Assembly: GCA_040954595.2 (NCBI GenBank)
Contig: CM082582.2
Span: 9,787,483-9,851,482 of the forward strand
Reading direction: 5' to 3'
DNA from: Balanoglossus misakiensis
Lineage: Eukaryota; Animalia; Hemichordata
Length of the DNA stretch: 64,000 nt
In this document: positions 1 to 14,000 of the stretch, one piece after another
Layout of the letters: every line of letters starts with the position of its first letter
How positions within the stretch are numbered: the first letter of the stretch is position 1
Made by a program: the position numbers and the translations under genes
Notes under the pieces: model-generated
What the model saw: only the letters and a program-made list of their open reading frames with translations
The model's database searches: none
Told to the model about the DNA's origin: nothing

Positions 1-3000
1 GCTGACCTTTGATGAGTTGGGGCCTGTGTTGACATTTTTTAAAGACAGATGACCAAGTGGGAACATTAATTTTTAAAATAGATGGTAGTGATGAATGCTT
101 GTTTGTATCATTTCTGTAACGTACGGCGTCTATCTTTCGGAATGTTTTAAAGGGACAGTGTACGTGTTGTAGCTGCTATGACAACAATAACTGTTGAGTG
201 TTAGTGTTACAATGCTTGATACGCATAAACAACTATATGATCATAAGCATACCGGTAACAAAGATTTTTTTTTTTTTTTTTTGGGGGGGGGGGAGGTAAA
301 TCCTAAGTAGAGGGATACTTTCTTGACATGAACAAGGAACGTCACATCTCCTCAGACATTCCGGTCGCCTGTCTGTTTACAAAATTTGGCTCCAAAAAAC
401 CAAACAATATGTCTGGTACGTTCACAAACAGCGTTTAACCAGACTCTTGTCATGTTGATGAGTAAATTAAAAGCTCTCAATGAGGAAACCCAGACTTTTT
501 TCACAAGTATTTACTAAGTGGCAGAAGTTCTTCAACTTTCCCTGGCAATCCATCATTGCTGCCAGGGTCGCCTGTTACAAATCACAGCTGAACTGAGGTC
601 ACCCTGCATTGTTTTATTGGTGCGGCGGTGTGGGGGGGGGGGGGTGGGGGGTGGAGGTGGTCAGGTGATGGGTGGGGACTGTGATGGAAAGTTGGGGGTG
701 AAAGGTCGTCGCCAGGCACCACTTTCGCAGTTGCCGGGTAACTCGTTGACTGTACACAAGATGGTTTCATTGGTTGTCATGTGGATGGTGTTGAAAATGA
801 AGACTAAACACAGACCTTGTTAGCGCATAGATGTTTCAAAGACAGTATTTTTAATTGCAAAAGATAAGAGAGAGGCAAGCATGTGTGGCGAATGATCATT
901 TTCATGTTAACATTATGGCCATCGTATTGTACCACAGCACAGTGTTATCTTCATTATATACATCGCGGTTTACGAGACCGACGTCCCTTGTGCACAGGGC
1001 AGAAGTCAAACCACTGCTACAAACCCACTGCTTGACTCCTAAATCATATTAAATATAACTGTAAAATGTCATAACTCTGTGGGCAGCCAGATATCGGCTG
1101 TGGGTTGAATACATCCTATAATAATAGCTGGGAAAAATTAATGAACGGCAAAAAAGTGACAATTGTGGTTTTTGTTGCATAATGTCCAGGTGGGGACAAT
1201 TAATGAGTCTTCCTTTCAATTGCATTCAAGCAACACACACAGGGTTATAAATGTATGATTTATCGTGAGTCAGTTTCTGAAGTAATTTATATCATATCAC
1301 ACTAGAGACTGTTCCACCATCTGGCTTTTTCGAAGGCGGTCTAAAATTCATTTGCCCTCACTGTGTTGTTTACAGATTATGTACAAAACCGTATTTCACA
1401 TGTAGCAGTCCGTATATCTCAACGATTTTCTTCCTCATCAAGGCGACGTATAATTTATTTCTGTGAAAATGCATTTATAGTCAATTCTCAGGCAAGAAAT
1501 GAATTGCACCAAACAACGTGAAAGTTCACTTTTCATTTGAATGAGACCCTGAAAAGAAAGTGTACACTAAAGCTGCCATCAAGCCATATTCCCTCAGAAC
1601 TGAAGTGGCCATTAATATAAACCTCTCATGTTTGGCCGGATGTATTTCTGAAAAGTCAATATCGATTTATCAAGAAAAGTGGTGCTAAAAATGGACAAGA
1701 ATAATTGCATCAGTTGAAGTCACACACTCTGTTTTTTCTTCGCGTGTGTTTGCCAACAGCGGATTTGACAGAAAGTGGTGTGTAGTGCAAATATTCGAGG
1801 CCTGATCAAATATCCTGTGTATGTTATAATTATATTACTGAAAAGTTTACTACCTGGCAGTTTTCAGTCATGCTTGGGGGGTTTAAGCCAAATTAGATTA
1901 ATAATGGTGTATATTTTACTCGGTGGTGATCGAGACACAGAAAATGAAGTGTGAAAATTGGAAAAAGTGTTGTGCTGAGAATTTTAATATTATGGGACTG
2001 CATGTACCTGATCTTTTAAGAATTTTCTGGCCAGTGTATAAGTATCAGTCAACAGAGTTTATCAGTAGAGTTCTGATATGTCAGCTGGAATCTGGAGATG
2101 TGTACATCGTATGATCTTGGCTTGTACATGTACATGCAGCATTTTTGCAACGACATTTTACCTTTTCTATATGCTGTACGACGTTTCTCGCTGATTGAAG
2201 GCGTCGGTGACTTGTAGACTCAAAGCCACCAAGAGTTATTGCGGCGGCCGTCAAGGAGAGTCTGTCTACGCAGGGAGCTCTGACATGTTCATGGGAATAA
2301 CGGCGCAGGAGTCATTGGCCGTAAACCTCGGTCCAGATAAATCATAACCACAGTATAAGCAGGGTTTGGTCGGTTGATGAAGAAAGATGTGATTTGGCCC
2401 ACAGTTAACTCGCCATTCCTCCATGTTGTCCCCACAAAGTACTCCATAAAACAGAATTCTTCCAGTGTCTTCTGTCAATGCTGTGTGTTTTAAAAAAAAG
2501 ACAAACTGCCTGTAGTGAGCATAAATAGCCCAGACTGGGAAAAGATCGATGTGAACACAGGAGATCCATTGCTGATGTATCAGGGGGATGTATCGGATTG
2601 ACTGTTACTGGTTTAAAAAGTGATGCATGGGTGTGCTGTTTTAAAGAGACTTAAGTCTCAGACAGGTTAATTTGATTCATGGACTAGATAAACTGGAGGA
2701 AAGCCAAAGCAAACCATGGTATTGTCTTCAGTTACTTCACTCACAAAGTACTTGAAGGGTTGCTTTTGTTTGGCATAATGAGATCGGCTTTTGGCTGTGG
2801 TTGCTGGATTGGGTGCCACATAAAGGTGCAGTGTGGCCTGGAGGTTGAGGTTATAAAGGAGTTATTTGCCCTGGAGCTGGTCATGTATTTTGGGCGTGCC
2901 CTACAGTAGGGGGTCATACATGTATGTGTATTTACAGTGCAGTGTGCACCCTGCCTGTAGGTTTGGGTGTGCGACACACACTGCAGGGACCGTAGTCTTC

Positions 3001-5598
3001 CTAAAACTTTGAACGACGACATGGCTAGTCGGTGAACAGTTCCCACTATTCCTCCGGAAAGCCATTGGTAGAACAAGAATCAGTTTACTTTGATTCACAG
3101 TTCACTCCACCCGAAAGAACCTGGCCAAAAACATTGGCTCACTACATGTCCCTAGTACAACAGGTATATGTATCTCACACGTCATGGTTGATAGGTCGAA
3201 TCTTGCCCTGGACAAGTCACTTGGTCACACTTGGTGTGGCCATGCATGACATCGGCATGAGGTTGTTGTTTTCAGGGCCACATTCCTCATCGCTCAACAG
3301 TTACCTGGTTGACTGTGGACGGCACAGTGATTGAAATGAAAATGATTACTTTCATTTGGGTTAATTACATGTAGCTTGACAAATTTGGCTACGTGGACTA
3401 TTCACGTCAAGCACACCCTTTTCGTGGATGTGGGATTTGGTCAGTGGGCAGCGGATGCTGTATCTGGGTTGCGCTGTGTTGTGTTGTGTTCTGAGTAAGA
3501 AGGAAGTGATTTTGTGAGAGTTGGGGCTGTGGACGAGCCCAAGTTGGGATTTGGCTGAGAACGGGTCTAGACAGAGTTTGTTTCTGTTGGCAATGGTGAT
3601 ATTTGCAGGAATTCTGCATGCTGTGCTATCCAGCCAGGTGTTTTGAGGTTCTGCATACTCAAACATTAACACCCAAAGGCAGCCATACTTTGCATGCGTG
3701 TTGGCAATACAAAATTTATACAGGAAGTACTTTCTGTAGAATTGAGAATAAACCAAATACAGAAATCCACAGACAGACCTATAAATAGAACTTACAATTT
3801 CCTGCGCAGCCACTTGGAAAAAAAATGTGTACCCGGGCATCATTAGAAATTTATTTTACATATTGCATAAATCTTCTTTATTCTCATTTAATCTGATTGC
3901 TTTTTTCCCATGGTGTGAAGTGCTCAACCACAAATTGAATTTTTCATACAATTGGAGTTCAGCTGTGCTGGGAATTGCCACACTATTTCTGATCTGTTTT
4001 GATGTGAAGGGACTTGGTTGTGTGAGTCATCAGAAAATTCGACTCATAGTTGCAAAACTGGAATTGTGCTTGTGTTGTGTTACCGAAGATATTAAACAGA
4101 ACCATTGGCACCCCACCCAAAACACCAATAGGGTATTAGAAATTCTTTACAACCTGTGATGAAAGATGTGCTTAAGAGTTTGGACACCCTGTTCAATGAC
4201 AGAAATACTTACATGTACACACTTCAAAACCACACGAAACACCCTTGTTATTGTACCATGTGTGCTTTCATTGCATATTTTCTCACAGGAATTGAATCCC
4301 GGGATCGCTTTCATCCGAATAATAAAAAACACACACTTAAGCCAGGATGTGTTACATTTTGCCTGAAGTCATTTGCACAAACAGGACAGGCTTCAAGGTT
4401 GGCCTGAAATGAGCATATTTTATGACGTTTACTGATGCAGTGGTGGTTTGCATGAAAACCTCAACATCTGCTGTACATGTGTTCTTGTGATGCATTGAAA
4501 ATGTTTTCTCGTGGGCCCTACAAAAATAAACTCAGACAGGTAAATTCTGAAGTAACTGTGTGTGATGTTTAGCGTGTGTGTCACTGAAATGTATGGTATT
4601 AATATTAAGGGAGCTGTCATTACTTATTGATGGGTGAGGGCACCAGGCTAATGAATACACGGAGCATAGACTGGCTTGGACCTGAGTTTGTTTGGCATTT
4701 GTCCTAAGGTCACGGCCAGTGAATAGTGGTAAACTCTTGCCGGATAACTATGGTACGGCGAACCCAGTTCAGCCCAGACAGACGCAGTGGTTGAAACCAC
4801 GGATAACATATTACCAGCAGCACACCCCAACACGAAGCAAATTCATTCGATATGAGTGTCACGCCGCGGTTTAGGGTCGCGTACGCACGCCATCTTTCAA
4901 AAATGACAGCGGCAGTCAGTGCAAACACCCGTGAAGAGGTCGCCGAAAGTTGACAGCGGCACGTTCGGTTTGTGGCGAGGGAGGTCAGGTTTCATGCGGC
5001 TTTCCGGCGCGTTTCTCCATTTAAATTCTATAACGCACAGTAAATTGCTGATTCAGCGTTATAATGGATTGCTGTACAAAGACCTTCATTTGCCCGCTGT
5101 CAATTTCAGGTGCTCTGTGGGTGACCTGTCAATCATTCTACAGGTGACCCACTTAAGGTGTTCATTTCACAGCCCCTTATGTTCCAAGATTTTAAACCTG
5201 ATATGTTTTAATCACCGTCTGTTGAATAATTGTACGTCAAGTTTCAAGTTCTCACTCAGTCTTCAAGTCTGTCTCTCACAGAATGCTGTATAACTACATG
5301 CACTATGCTCTCATTGTAAACCTGTACCTACTGATAACATGTACCTGTGTAATGGTACAGTACACTGAATACAGGTTTATACACAGGTGCTCAGCCAGTT
5401 ATTGTACTGTGAAGTTCAAAGCAAACTGATCAAAGCAAAGAGAAGGCAGTGCAATTGAATTACTAGTACACTCACATTCATGCGAGTCTCTTCTCCGTGA
5501 CATTCTCACGCAATCAGTCGGAAAGAAAAGAAGGCCACAAGGGCACAGATTGAAACACTTGACATTTCATCGATGTTTTGGCGAACACCGTTCATGCT

Positions 5599-5654
5599 TG
5601 GCAACAGGGCATTCCTGGAGTTCCCATGGCAACAGGGCATTCCTGGAGTTCCCA
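5599..5654 (+). repeat. 28-bp direct tandem duplication
   Basis: TGGCAACAGGGCATTCCTGGAGTTCCCA occurs twice back to back. Confidence 0.85.
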
Positions 5655-7403
5655 ATCACGGGCTCAATTAAAGCGAGAATTCCTGCTATCTCCGTGGCCT
5701 TGAACAGCAACTGCTCAAAATTACAAATACCTGCTCGGGAAAAAATTTCTAATGGTGATCTGTTTAGCTGTATGCATCAATTGAAGGGAAACTGGAGATT
5801 TAGTATGTGTGGTTGAATGTGTTTGTCTCAAAAATGTTTAACCTTTTAGTCAAAAATCAGGTCAGTTTCACGTTTCTTCAAAATTATTTGTGCCAGCGGA
5901 CTTTTATTGATCATCCCCTGCTTGAGAAGTTCAAAGTACTGAAGGCTCTATTTAGCCTATGCTCTATTAAGCTGTATCTGTTTGCTGTTTTTGCAGAACT
6001 TTTGTAACACAATTCCTATCCACAGTTTCCCATGGAATGGACAAGAATTCTCAAGACACTGCAAAATCTGATAGCCTGAAACGCAAGGATATGCCAGTCT
6101 CTTACAGCTCAACCTAACTTGTTTTCTTCAGTTTGACACATCATATCAACAGCTGGTTTATTTTTTAAAGAAAACTTGAACCGAAGCGCCCCGATATTGA
6201 AAATAAACATCTGGAAGTCTCGGGACAATTTCAAAAGCTTTCGTTTGAAAGAGGAAGTCCGGCTGTTATTACATCTTCGTGTGACGTACATGTGCAGCAG
6301 TCAGATTTCCTCTGGACTGTTGTGTGCTGTCAGACTCTACTTTAGCTGATCTAAAAATGAAAGTTTGCGCTAGGAATAGCATAAAAATGTTGACTGTGAT
6401 AAAAGTCGTGGATGTGAAATCATGCGAAGCCTCGCGGTATGCATTTCTGCGTAGACATCAAGCATACACACATAGATCATAGGGCACTGGCATTGCGATT
6501 GCCCCGAGGGCTTGCTTCAGTAATTCCTAATATGATGAGGATGCTTGCTATTAAAGTTTTAACTTTCTGGATTTATGACCGAGCCAGAAGCCTGGGAACA
6601 CAAACGTTCGCACCGACCGCTTGCAAGGTCCGGTTGCGCATCGTGAAATACAGCTTAGGGTTTGATCCGCAAGCTTTTACTGGATCCAAAAAAGACATTT
6701 GTCTTGCGATATGGTTTCATTTTTTCCCATCAATCTCAAGGTCTGCTAAGTGAATCAGTAGATACAGGCGCATAAAAGCATCCAACATGTCAGATAATGG
6801 AAGTTCACATACTCGTTAGTGTACGTCAGTGTTCATTATGAGAATGGTGGTTATTAAAGATTAAATCGTTGCTGGTGGGCTTGTCTCATCAGACTATACA
6901 TGTAGTACACTGTTAGTTAAATTAATTGCAGTGGAATAATACAACCAAGGAAATGTAAATTCATAAAATATGAAAAATGAGCTATTAAATATTTAAACCT
7001 GTGTATCTGTTCTTCTCCCTTGCTGTACATACATGTACATACATGAGATGCTAAGGTTTGGCAATCATCTTTCATCCCTAGAGAGTAATGCAAACCCTGA
7101 ATATAACAGGAGTATTGCAGCTTCGTATAATACAGGAACAGTCATAGCTATGGAGAATGGATGAGGCTTCAGTAAACTTGGGTACACATCAAATATTGAC
7201 CCATGAGTCATCCTGCAAAAAAAAGTTTGATTGTTGGTGAATTTAAATATCAAAATCATCGGTTACAAATGGATTTTGTAATATTAATGCCATATCATAG
7301 CACCCCAATCCCTCATGAATACAGAGAGAGAACAAAGTGATGTTGAAGTAAAATTTGAAATCTTCGAGATAAGCAGTCGTACTTAGAGTCCGCTGATATC
7401 ATT

Positions 7404-7805
7404 TTCAAAGAGACATTGGAGTATGTGCTTGTATCTTTTTCCTGCATTTTCAGACGTTGATAGTCTGTTATCAGCCATATCTGTCTCCCAAGAGGGCTGT
7501 GTATATAGAAATATTTATGATTTTTTCCTTTAGTCAACGGTGTCTATATTGTCGAAATATCCCTCAGGGGACTCTACCAGTGGATTGAGAAAGTAAAGAT
7601 GTTCTTTCTCCCCTCTAATCCCAGGATTTCGTTTCTCCCGGGGCTGGGCTCTCTCTGGGTGGCTGAACCAAGAAAACAAATCCCATAATCTGTGGCATGA
7701 TCTTCTCACCGACAAACGTATGCCCCAAAGTTAAAAAAATGTGCTGTCGTCATTGGCTACGAAATATACCATATTTGAGTGATTTTAAGATAGTGTCCCT
7801 TTGAA
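7404..7805. mobile_element. Possible decayed MITE in syntrophin intron
   Basis: Imperfect inverted termini TTCAAAGAGACA ... TGTCCCTTTGAA (11/12 match) about 400 bp apart; no clear TSD. Confidence 0.3.
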
Positions 7806-8088
7806 GTGATTTTTGGCCTGGAGGGGGCGGCTTAGAAAAGAGAGTGCATATCATCCGGAGAAGAGAAAAAAAACCTCAGCTTTTTGATAGCAGTACAAAT
7901 ATAAGGTTACTGTTACAGCAGGATGGAAATGACCTAATAATGTATTTCTTTTCCAATGAAATGTTATGTACACTTTGCTTTTGTTCCTTGCCAAAGTAAC
8001 GCACAAGGATAATAAACTAATTTCCTGAATTGTGCAGCTTTTAACATGACGAAAGACTTTAACCATACATTCGTTGTCTTGCCTACAG

Positions 8089-11000
8089 TGAAATACCTCA
8101 GAGAAGTCACACCGTACTTCAGAAGAAGTACGATAATCGGGGAGGTGGGATGGGAAAACACGTCGCCGTACGTCATCAAGGAACCGGGTGCCAACCCCAG
8201 TGCCACGCGCAGTAACTGGACAGAAATGAAAACGATACCTCTGAAACTGTGTTACGTGACGCAGAACTTGACAATGCCCAACGCCGAACAGAGGATCGTG
8301 GAGTTGCACTCGCCCGACGGACGGAGTTCGTGTATTTTCCGATGTAAAGACGCCAACAGTGCCAGTCAGTGGTTTTCTGCAATACAAGCCAACGTCAGTA
8401 TTCTCACTGCCAACGCTATGCACGAAGCCAACGAGATCTTGCGATCGACGCCCGGCAACAGAGAAATCAAATACATGGGTTGGATAAGTGAACAGGTGAG
8501 GTCATTGTAGAGTCTTGCTTCTGTTTTTTCAAGATTTTGTATGCATCTCATAATTGTGTGTCTGTATGATAAAAATGTGTGAATTGTTGAAGTCCACTGA
8601 AAAAAAATGAGCAGAGCAAAGAGGCAGTGTCAGTTGAAGCAAGTTATAACTTTGCCCATTAATGCTTGTGCTATGCCAAGTATTGGAAGAACCTATCTGA
8701 CTTCCAAGCAATCCCCAAAACAAACAAAGAGATTAAAAGGTGAAAGGTGTCATTCATCAGAGAAACTGTGTCAAATCGCACAGCCGCAGTCTCCTTAGAA
8801 TCGAATTCTCCCCCGCACAAACGCCAAACTCTTCATTAAGTCTCAGATGCTAACAGTGATTGATGCGAGGTTCGGTCTCAAAATCCCTTTCGATATTGAT
8901 CATTGACGAATACCCCCCTGGCGTCCGCTGAATTTTTTCTGTGGCAGTATAATTATCCAGTTTGCGTATTGCAGTTTGAATTGATGTGTGTTTGCAGGGT
9001 ACTGCGCAAGTAAAAAAAAATAGCCGTGCAATTTGTCACTGTGTTGTGCTGTGGTTTCACACAGCAATGTGGTCGATATACATTTGTACATGTACAGTAC
9101 ACAAGGTATTGGACTCTTCCATGGCTTGTGCAATACACTGTGCATATGAAGACCTCATCCATACATGGTCATATATTTTGTGAATAATCCTACATGTATA
9201 TTATTGTGCTGTATCAAACCTGGCAGTAAAAATCCCTATCTAAATCACACCCTCGATAGATCATGGTCTGAATAGCAAAACAAGACAACTAAAGAATAAA
9301 AACACTGACAGAATGTCTTGCCTTGCAGACTCATAATGAAGGTGGGTCACCGGCTTGGAAGCCTGTGTTTGTAGCTTTAACAGACAAAGACATACTGATG
9401 TACGACAGTGTGCCCTGGACCAGAGAAGAATGGGCGGCGCCTTTCCAAAGTCATCCCTTGCTGGCCACAAGGTGGGTGATTTTATCACAACATATTGCAC
9501 TGAACATACATGAATGAACATTCACTTTGTGGGTGTGTTCTATAATGTACCTACATGTTTTCATTCTGTTCAAAATGGCATTTACTCCATCTTACACATT
9601 CTTTCACAGCCAGTTGTTGGCCATGCATTTGTACTGCTATGACATTTATCAGTAGATTCTAAAGATTGACATTCAATAGGATATATGCAGTTTACAACCA
9701 AGCCTCAGCCCTCAAAAGCTAGATCTGCATAAAGTCGTGTCTAGGAGCCAAGGAAGTACAGGAGACCAGCCTGAGTGTAAACACGGTAGTGGTGTGAAAA
9801 TAGACACCATGCCTGAACAGCACACGTTCCAATGCAACCCTACCCTGCCCTGCCGTGCCCCGGCTAATAGGCGCTGAATGGCCAACGGTGGCCAGCTGAA
9901 ACCCGTCTTATTGCCGGTGCATACAGAAGCTTAGGTCTATCCCCCTTGGCTGGTTGCTTGACAATGGTATTGATTGCACGCTGCCCAGACTTGAGTTTTC
10001 AGCAGGGTCACAAACTCAATCTGCCTCTGGTACAATGTAACACGAGGAGGCCGTAATGCAGTAACTGAACCGCTTTGTTTAGTGGTGTCGTTCGGGTTTC
10101 CCTGTCTCCGTGTTCATCAACGCCCGAAGACAGGGTTTGGAGTTACACAGGTGGAAGACGAGAAAAAGCTGTTACAGTTAAATATTCATAGTAAATGTAG
10201 ATCAAATCATGAGACACTAGGGGCTATATCTAATTCAAACTCCAGTTTCTTTACCAAGAAGTATAGCCCCACCAAGCAGAAATCCACTTTGAAACCAATG
10301 AGAAAACAGCATGTTTGACGTATTGCATATTTCACGGCGTTCGTGGCCGTACGGTTCAAAAATTATTTAAAACATGAGGGACAGCACGTGTGTGACCGAC
10401 CCTCGTAAAAATATATGGCCCAGTTTAATAGAGCCTGCTGTAAATGTGCTGCCCTGTAACCGCATATTTTATTGATACCGTACATGTTCCAAGTTTCAGG
10501 GATAAATGCAAGTGTGTTCTTTGCCAAACGTGTTGGTAAAAAGGCTCTATTATAAATGTCTTGCTGCCCACATCTCTGATGCAAACAAGATGTCTATTTG
10601 TAAGGGCATATGCCATGTGCATAAAATATTCACACAATTACTTTCGTAGATAACAGTAAATGAAAATTCAGCTTTTATGCATCTGGGCATAACGCATTGC
10701 ATCACTCTCCAACAGATGTGCCATAATATACTCTTATCATATCTTTCAATATAGACTCCCTCACAGGCCCCGAGGTTTCGTAGATGTTGAAAGCCTGATA
10801 AAAAAAAGGCATAGAGTATGCTTGACTAAGTGTAATACTGATATAGCTAGTATACTGTAAAAGAAATTTTTGTCAGAAAATAAATGAGTTGAAAATGACA
10901 CATGCGGGTGATTCATTAACCAGCGTTGGTGACGGTTGACCTTTGACCTAACCAAATTGATGAGTCGAACCGCAAGCTCAGATTGATGAGTTGAACTTTC

Positions 11001-14000
11001 TGTGGGCGTTCCAGTGAGTACAGATACAGGTGATGGATGCTGTCGTGATAGAAATATGCCATTTTATCAAGCTTTGATGAACATGAATAAAAAAAATGAT
11101 GTCGCATGTTCATGTACATTCAGTAATATGTGGACTTTTGGCAAGGAATCCTATTCAAGATCCATTTACATGTGCCTAGTTTGAAATTACAAAAAAGCAT
11201 GAGATAGGAATGTGAGAATCAGTTAGCAGAATCTCATCACCTGTACAATGTTACAAGATTATCAGACAAGCACATTTGAAATGAAGTGAGCGTTCTATTA
11301 AATGTAAAGGTTGTCTTCAATTATGTCCAGAACAGGCTGCTATGGATGGAGATCTTGTCTCTCAGTAATGAACGAAGCCAACCAGACTCCAGATAACATC
11401 AGCAAGCAGGAGAGTGTACTGAAAAACGCTTTCAGGGTTTTCACATTTTGTTGACACCTCCACGATCAGAATGTCTGATCTAATCATCGCCAAGGTGACA
11501 GGCTTGCATGATTCCAACCGAGATGGGAATTTCAGTCCCGAAATGCTTTGTCCTGGAAAAACGGTGTTTCATGGACTGAGAAAGGGGAACAAGGTCGTGG
11601 AGTGATTAAAACTCTCAACTCCTGGAGTGAAATGGAATTTTCAGCCACTGTTGGGATATAATATAGGTTTGCTGAGAGTCTACATGCTGCCTATGAGTCA
11701 CAGAGTTAATCTTTTGATGAGTCTGCAGTTCTTGTTCATAAAACTAGATTACTAACCCCGACTCAATCCAGACTTTTAAGACAGGCTGTAATAGCTAGGA
11801 TATAAAAAACACCTCTGTCTCACAGAAATATAAACCCACGATAGAAGTCACGGAACAAACTAATTTGACTGATAAATTTATACTTCTGACCATCCTATTA
11901 AAATGACCGCTGCATGGCTATTTAGGGTATATCAGAACATTTTAAACTTATTTGGCAAATCATGAAATTCATTCAAAAAGTCGCAATGAAAATAATTGTA
12001 GGGTTAGGGTTTTTCAGAAGCAATTATTTGCAGCAACCTAACTAATTATGGGCACACATGCCATGCAGCACGTCCTTATCAGCCATTGATTCAACCTGCC
12101 TCGCCAACAACCATGATTTGAAATTGATGGCCCGTGCTTCGATGACCAGCCCATTAACATCGCCGTTAATGAAGTCAAACACACACCATCATTGATTAGA
12201 TAATTACAGCGTAAATGAGTATCATAGGTTATCAGATATCGAGTTAATTGCCTCCTCAGACAGCTTATTTGCAAAACCTATAACCGTGTCTTCATTTATA
12301 ACTGCCGGGCTTTGAGATCGGTTGACCTATGATCTGTGAACATATTCAATCACTCTGATGATGCTGTTTTGTTTTGCTTGATCGTTTGGCTAGATTTCGC
12401 ACACTTGTCCAACTCTGTGGCATATTTAAGCTCACCAGACTCAAAACTCTCACAAGCAAAAAAAGACATTGACTTGACACACGTGATGGAGTCTGACCAA
12501 CGCAGCAGAAATTGTCTACGACTGTGTCCAAAAGCGCTTTAGCCATTTGATTGACACTAAGGCTGGTGTGGAGCAATCCTGTTTAGGATTGCACTGGCAC
12601 CCATACATGCCACAGACAATTTAATCGTCTTTCCATTTCCAAGCGCTAGTGTTAAACCACTTTAGCCAGCCTCAATAGCTTTTCCCATTTCTCTGCCACT
12701 TTTTTTTTCAAAATAAAAAGCAGGCAGCTAAGAGAGGATGTGCCATTAGAGGTCCTTGCCACTTTGAGTTCAGACAAGTTCCTTTCTTTGTCGCCAGTCT
12801 GTGATGTTATACGGCTTGCGTGAAAGTTTTGAGTAATTGAGGGATCTGCCACTATGCAAATGGTTATTCAGTCAAAAACGTTATTTTTGAATTGCAGTTC
12901 CATTCATGAATGCATGGGGACGGCTATCAATTTGTACAACCTTTCCCCCGAAAGCTATCCCCTGTACATTTCCTGCTCGCGACACTCTGATGAAAATATC
13001 AAGACGGCGTGTCATTAATAGTCATTTTGTCTTTCTCTTCCAATACAGTAAGTCCCATCACCATGACAACAAACAGACATTCCCCTACTATATATGCCGT
13101 GACATTCAAAGTAACATTTCGCCGTAAATGCCTTCAGAATAGATGAGGCGAACCTTAATTCTCAAATAAGGTTTTATTCAGCTCAAAGTGCTCTTCTGTG
13201 AATGTAAATTATTGGCTTAGCACACGTGTGAGTGATGGCGTAGACGGGGAATGATTGACTTTTCCAGAAAGCGTTCATTTAACGCCATATACAGTATTTC
13301 CCAGTTTGCATTAAGGATGGTTGTTGCCGACAGTAACTTTGTCTGGAAGTCTTAAAGCAGTTGGGCACCTCAATAATCTCAGGAATCTAGTTTTGCCCCG
13401 TGGAGTCGTTTTAATGAATGGATTGTTATTTCGAACTTACGTAATTACTTAGTGAGTGTTACATTTGGATATCGTATCCGTTTCACTGAATCTTAGCTTC
13501 TGTTCATTCAATTCGAAAACTTGAAAACATTTTATAATTTTGGGAGTTGATGGGAAATGGCTGCTGAAGATATAGAGTAACATTCATTTGTTTGATGGAC
13601 ATTTTTTTCCGGCATGTAGCAATCGCAATAATTGACAGTTTGGATGTACATTTTCTACGCTGTGTGCAAATTCCCAGCTTGTCAGATATGAGAAAAAAAT
13701 CAATACACTCAATCAATGCTAGGAAAGCAATTAAGATTTACATGTCTCCTCTCAAATGACATGCTTGTTTCTGAGCTCGCTCTTTTCAACAACAGTCTCT
13801 AGGTGAGAGTAGAGCAAATAGATGATGTCAGAAGAGATTCCTTTATTGCCTGACCCCCGTCCTGGCCTCTCCCATTGCTTCAATACGCGTGTCGCGAATG
13901 ATTTACCGCCTGAAATGTTGAAGTTAATCTCCAGCAAAAGAGTGATAATAAAATAAAAGTGAAGTTTTCTTGAAAAAATTATCCACCCAGAATTTACGGT

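Noticed and set aside
1-8088. Many short ORFs in the first 8 kb
   Set aside because: No domain motifs or coherent exon chains; most consistent with a long syntrophin intron.
7851-8423. 190-aa minus-strand ORF
   Set aside because: Antisense to a syntrophin exon; no motif support.
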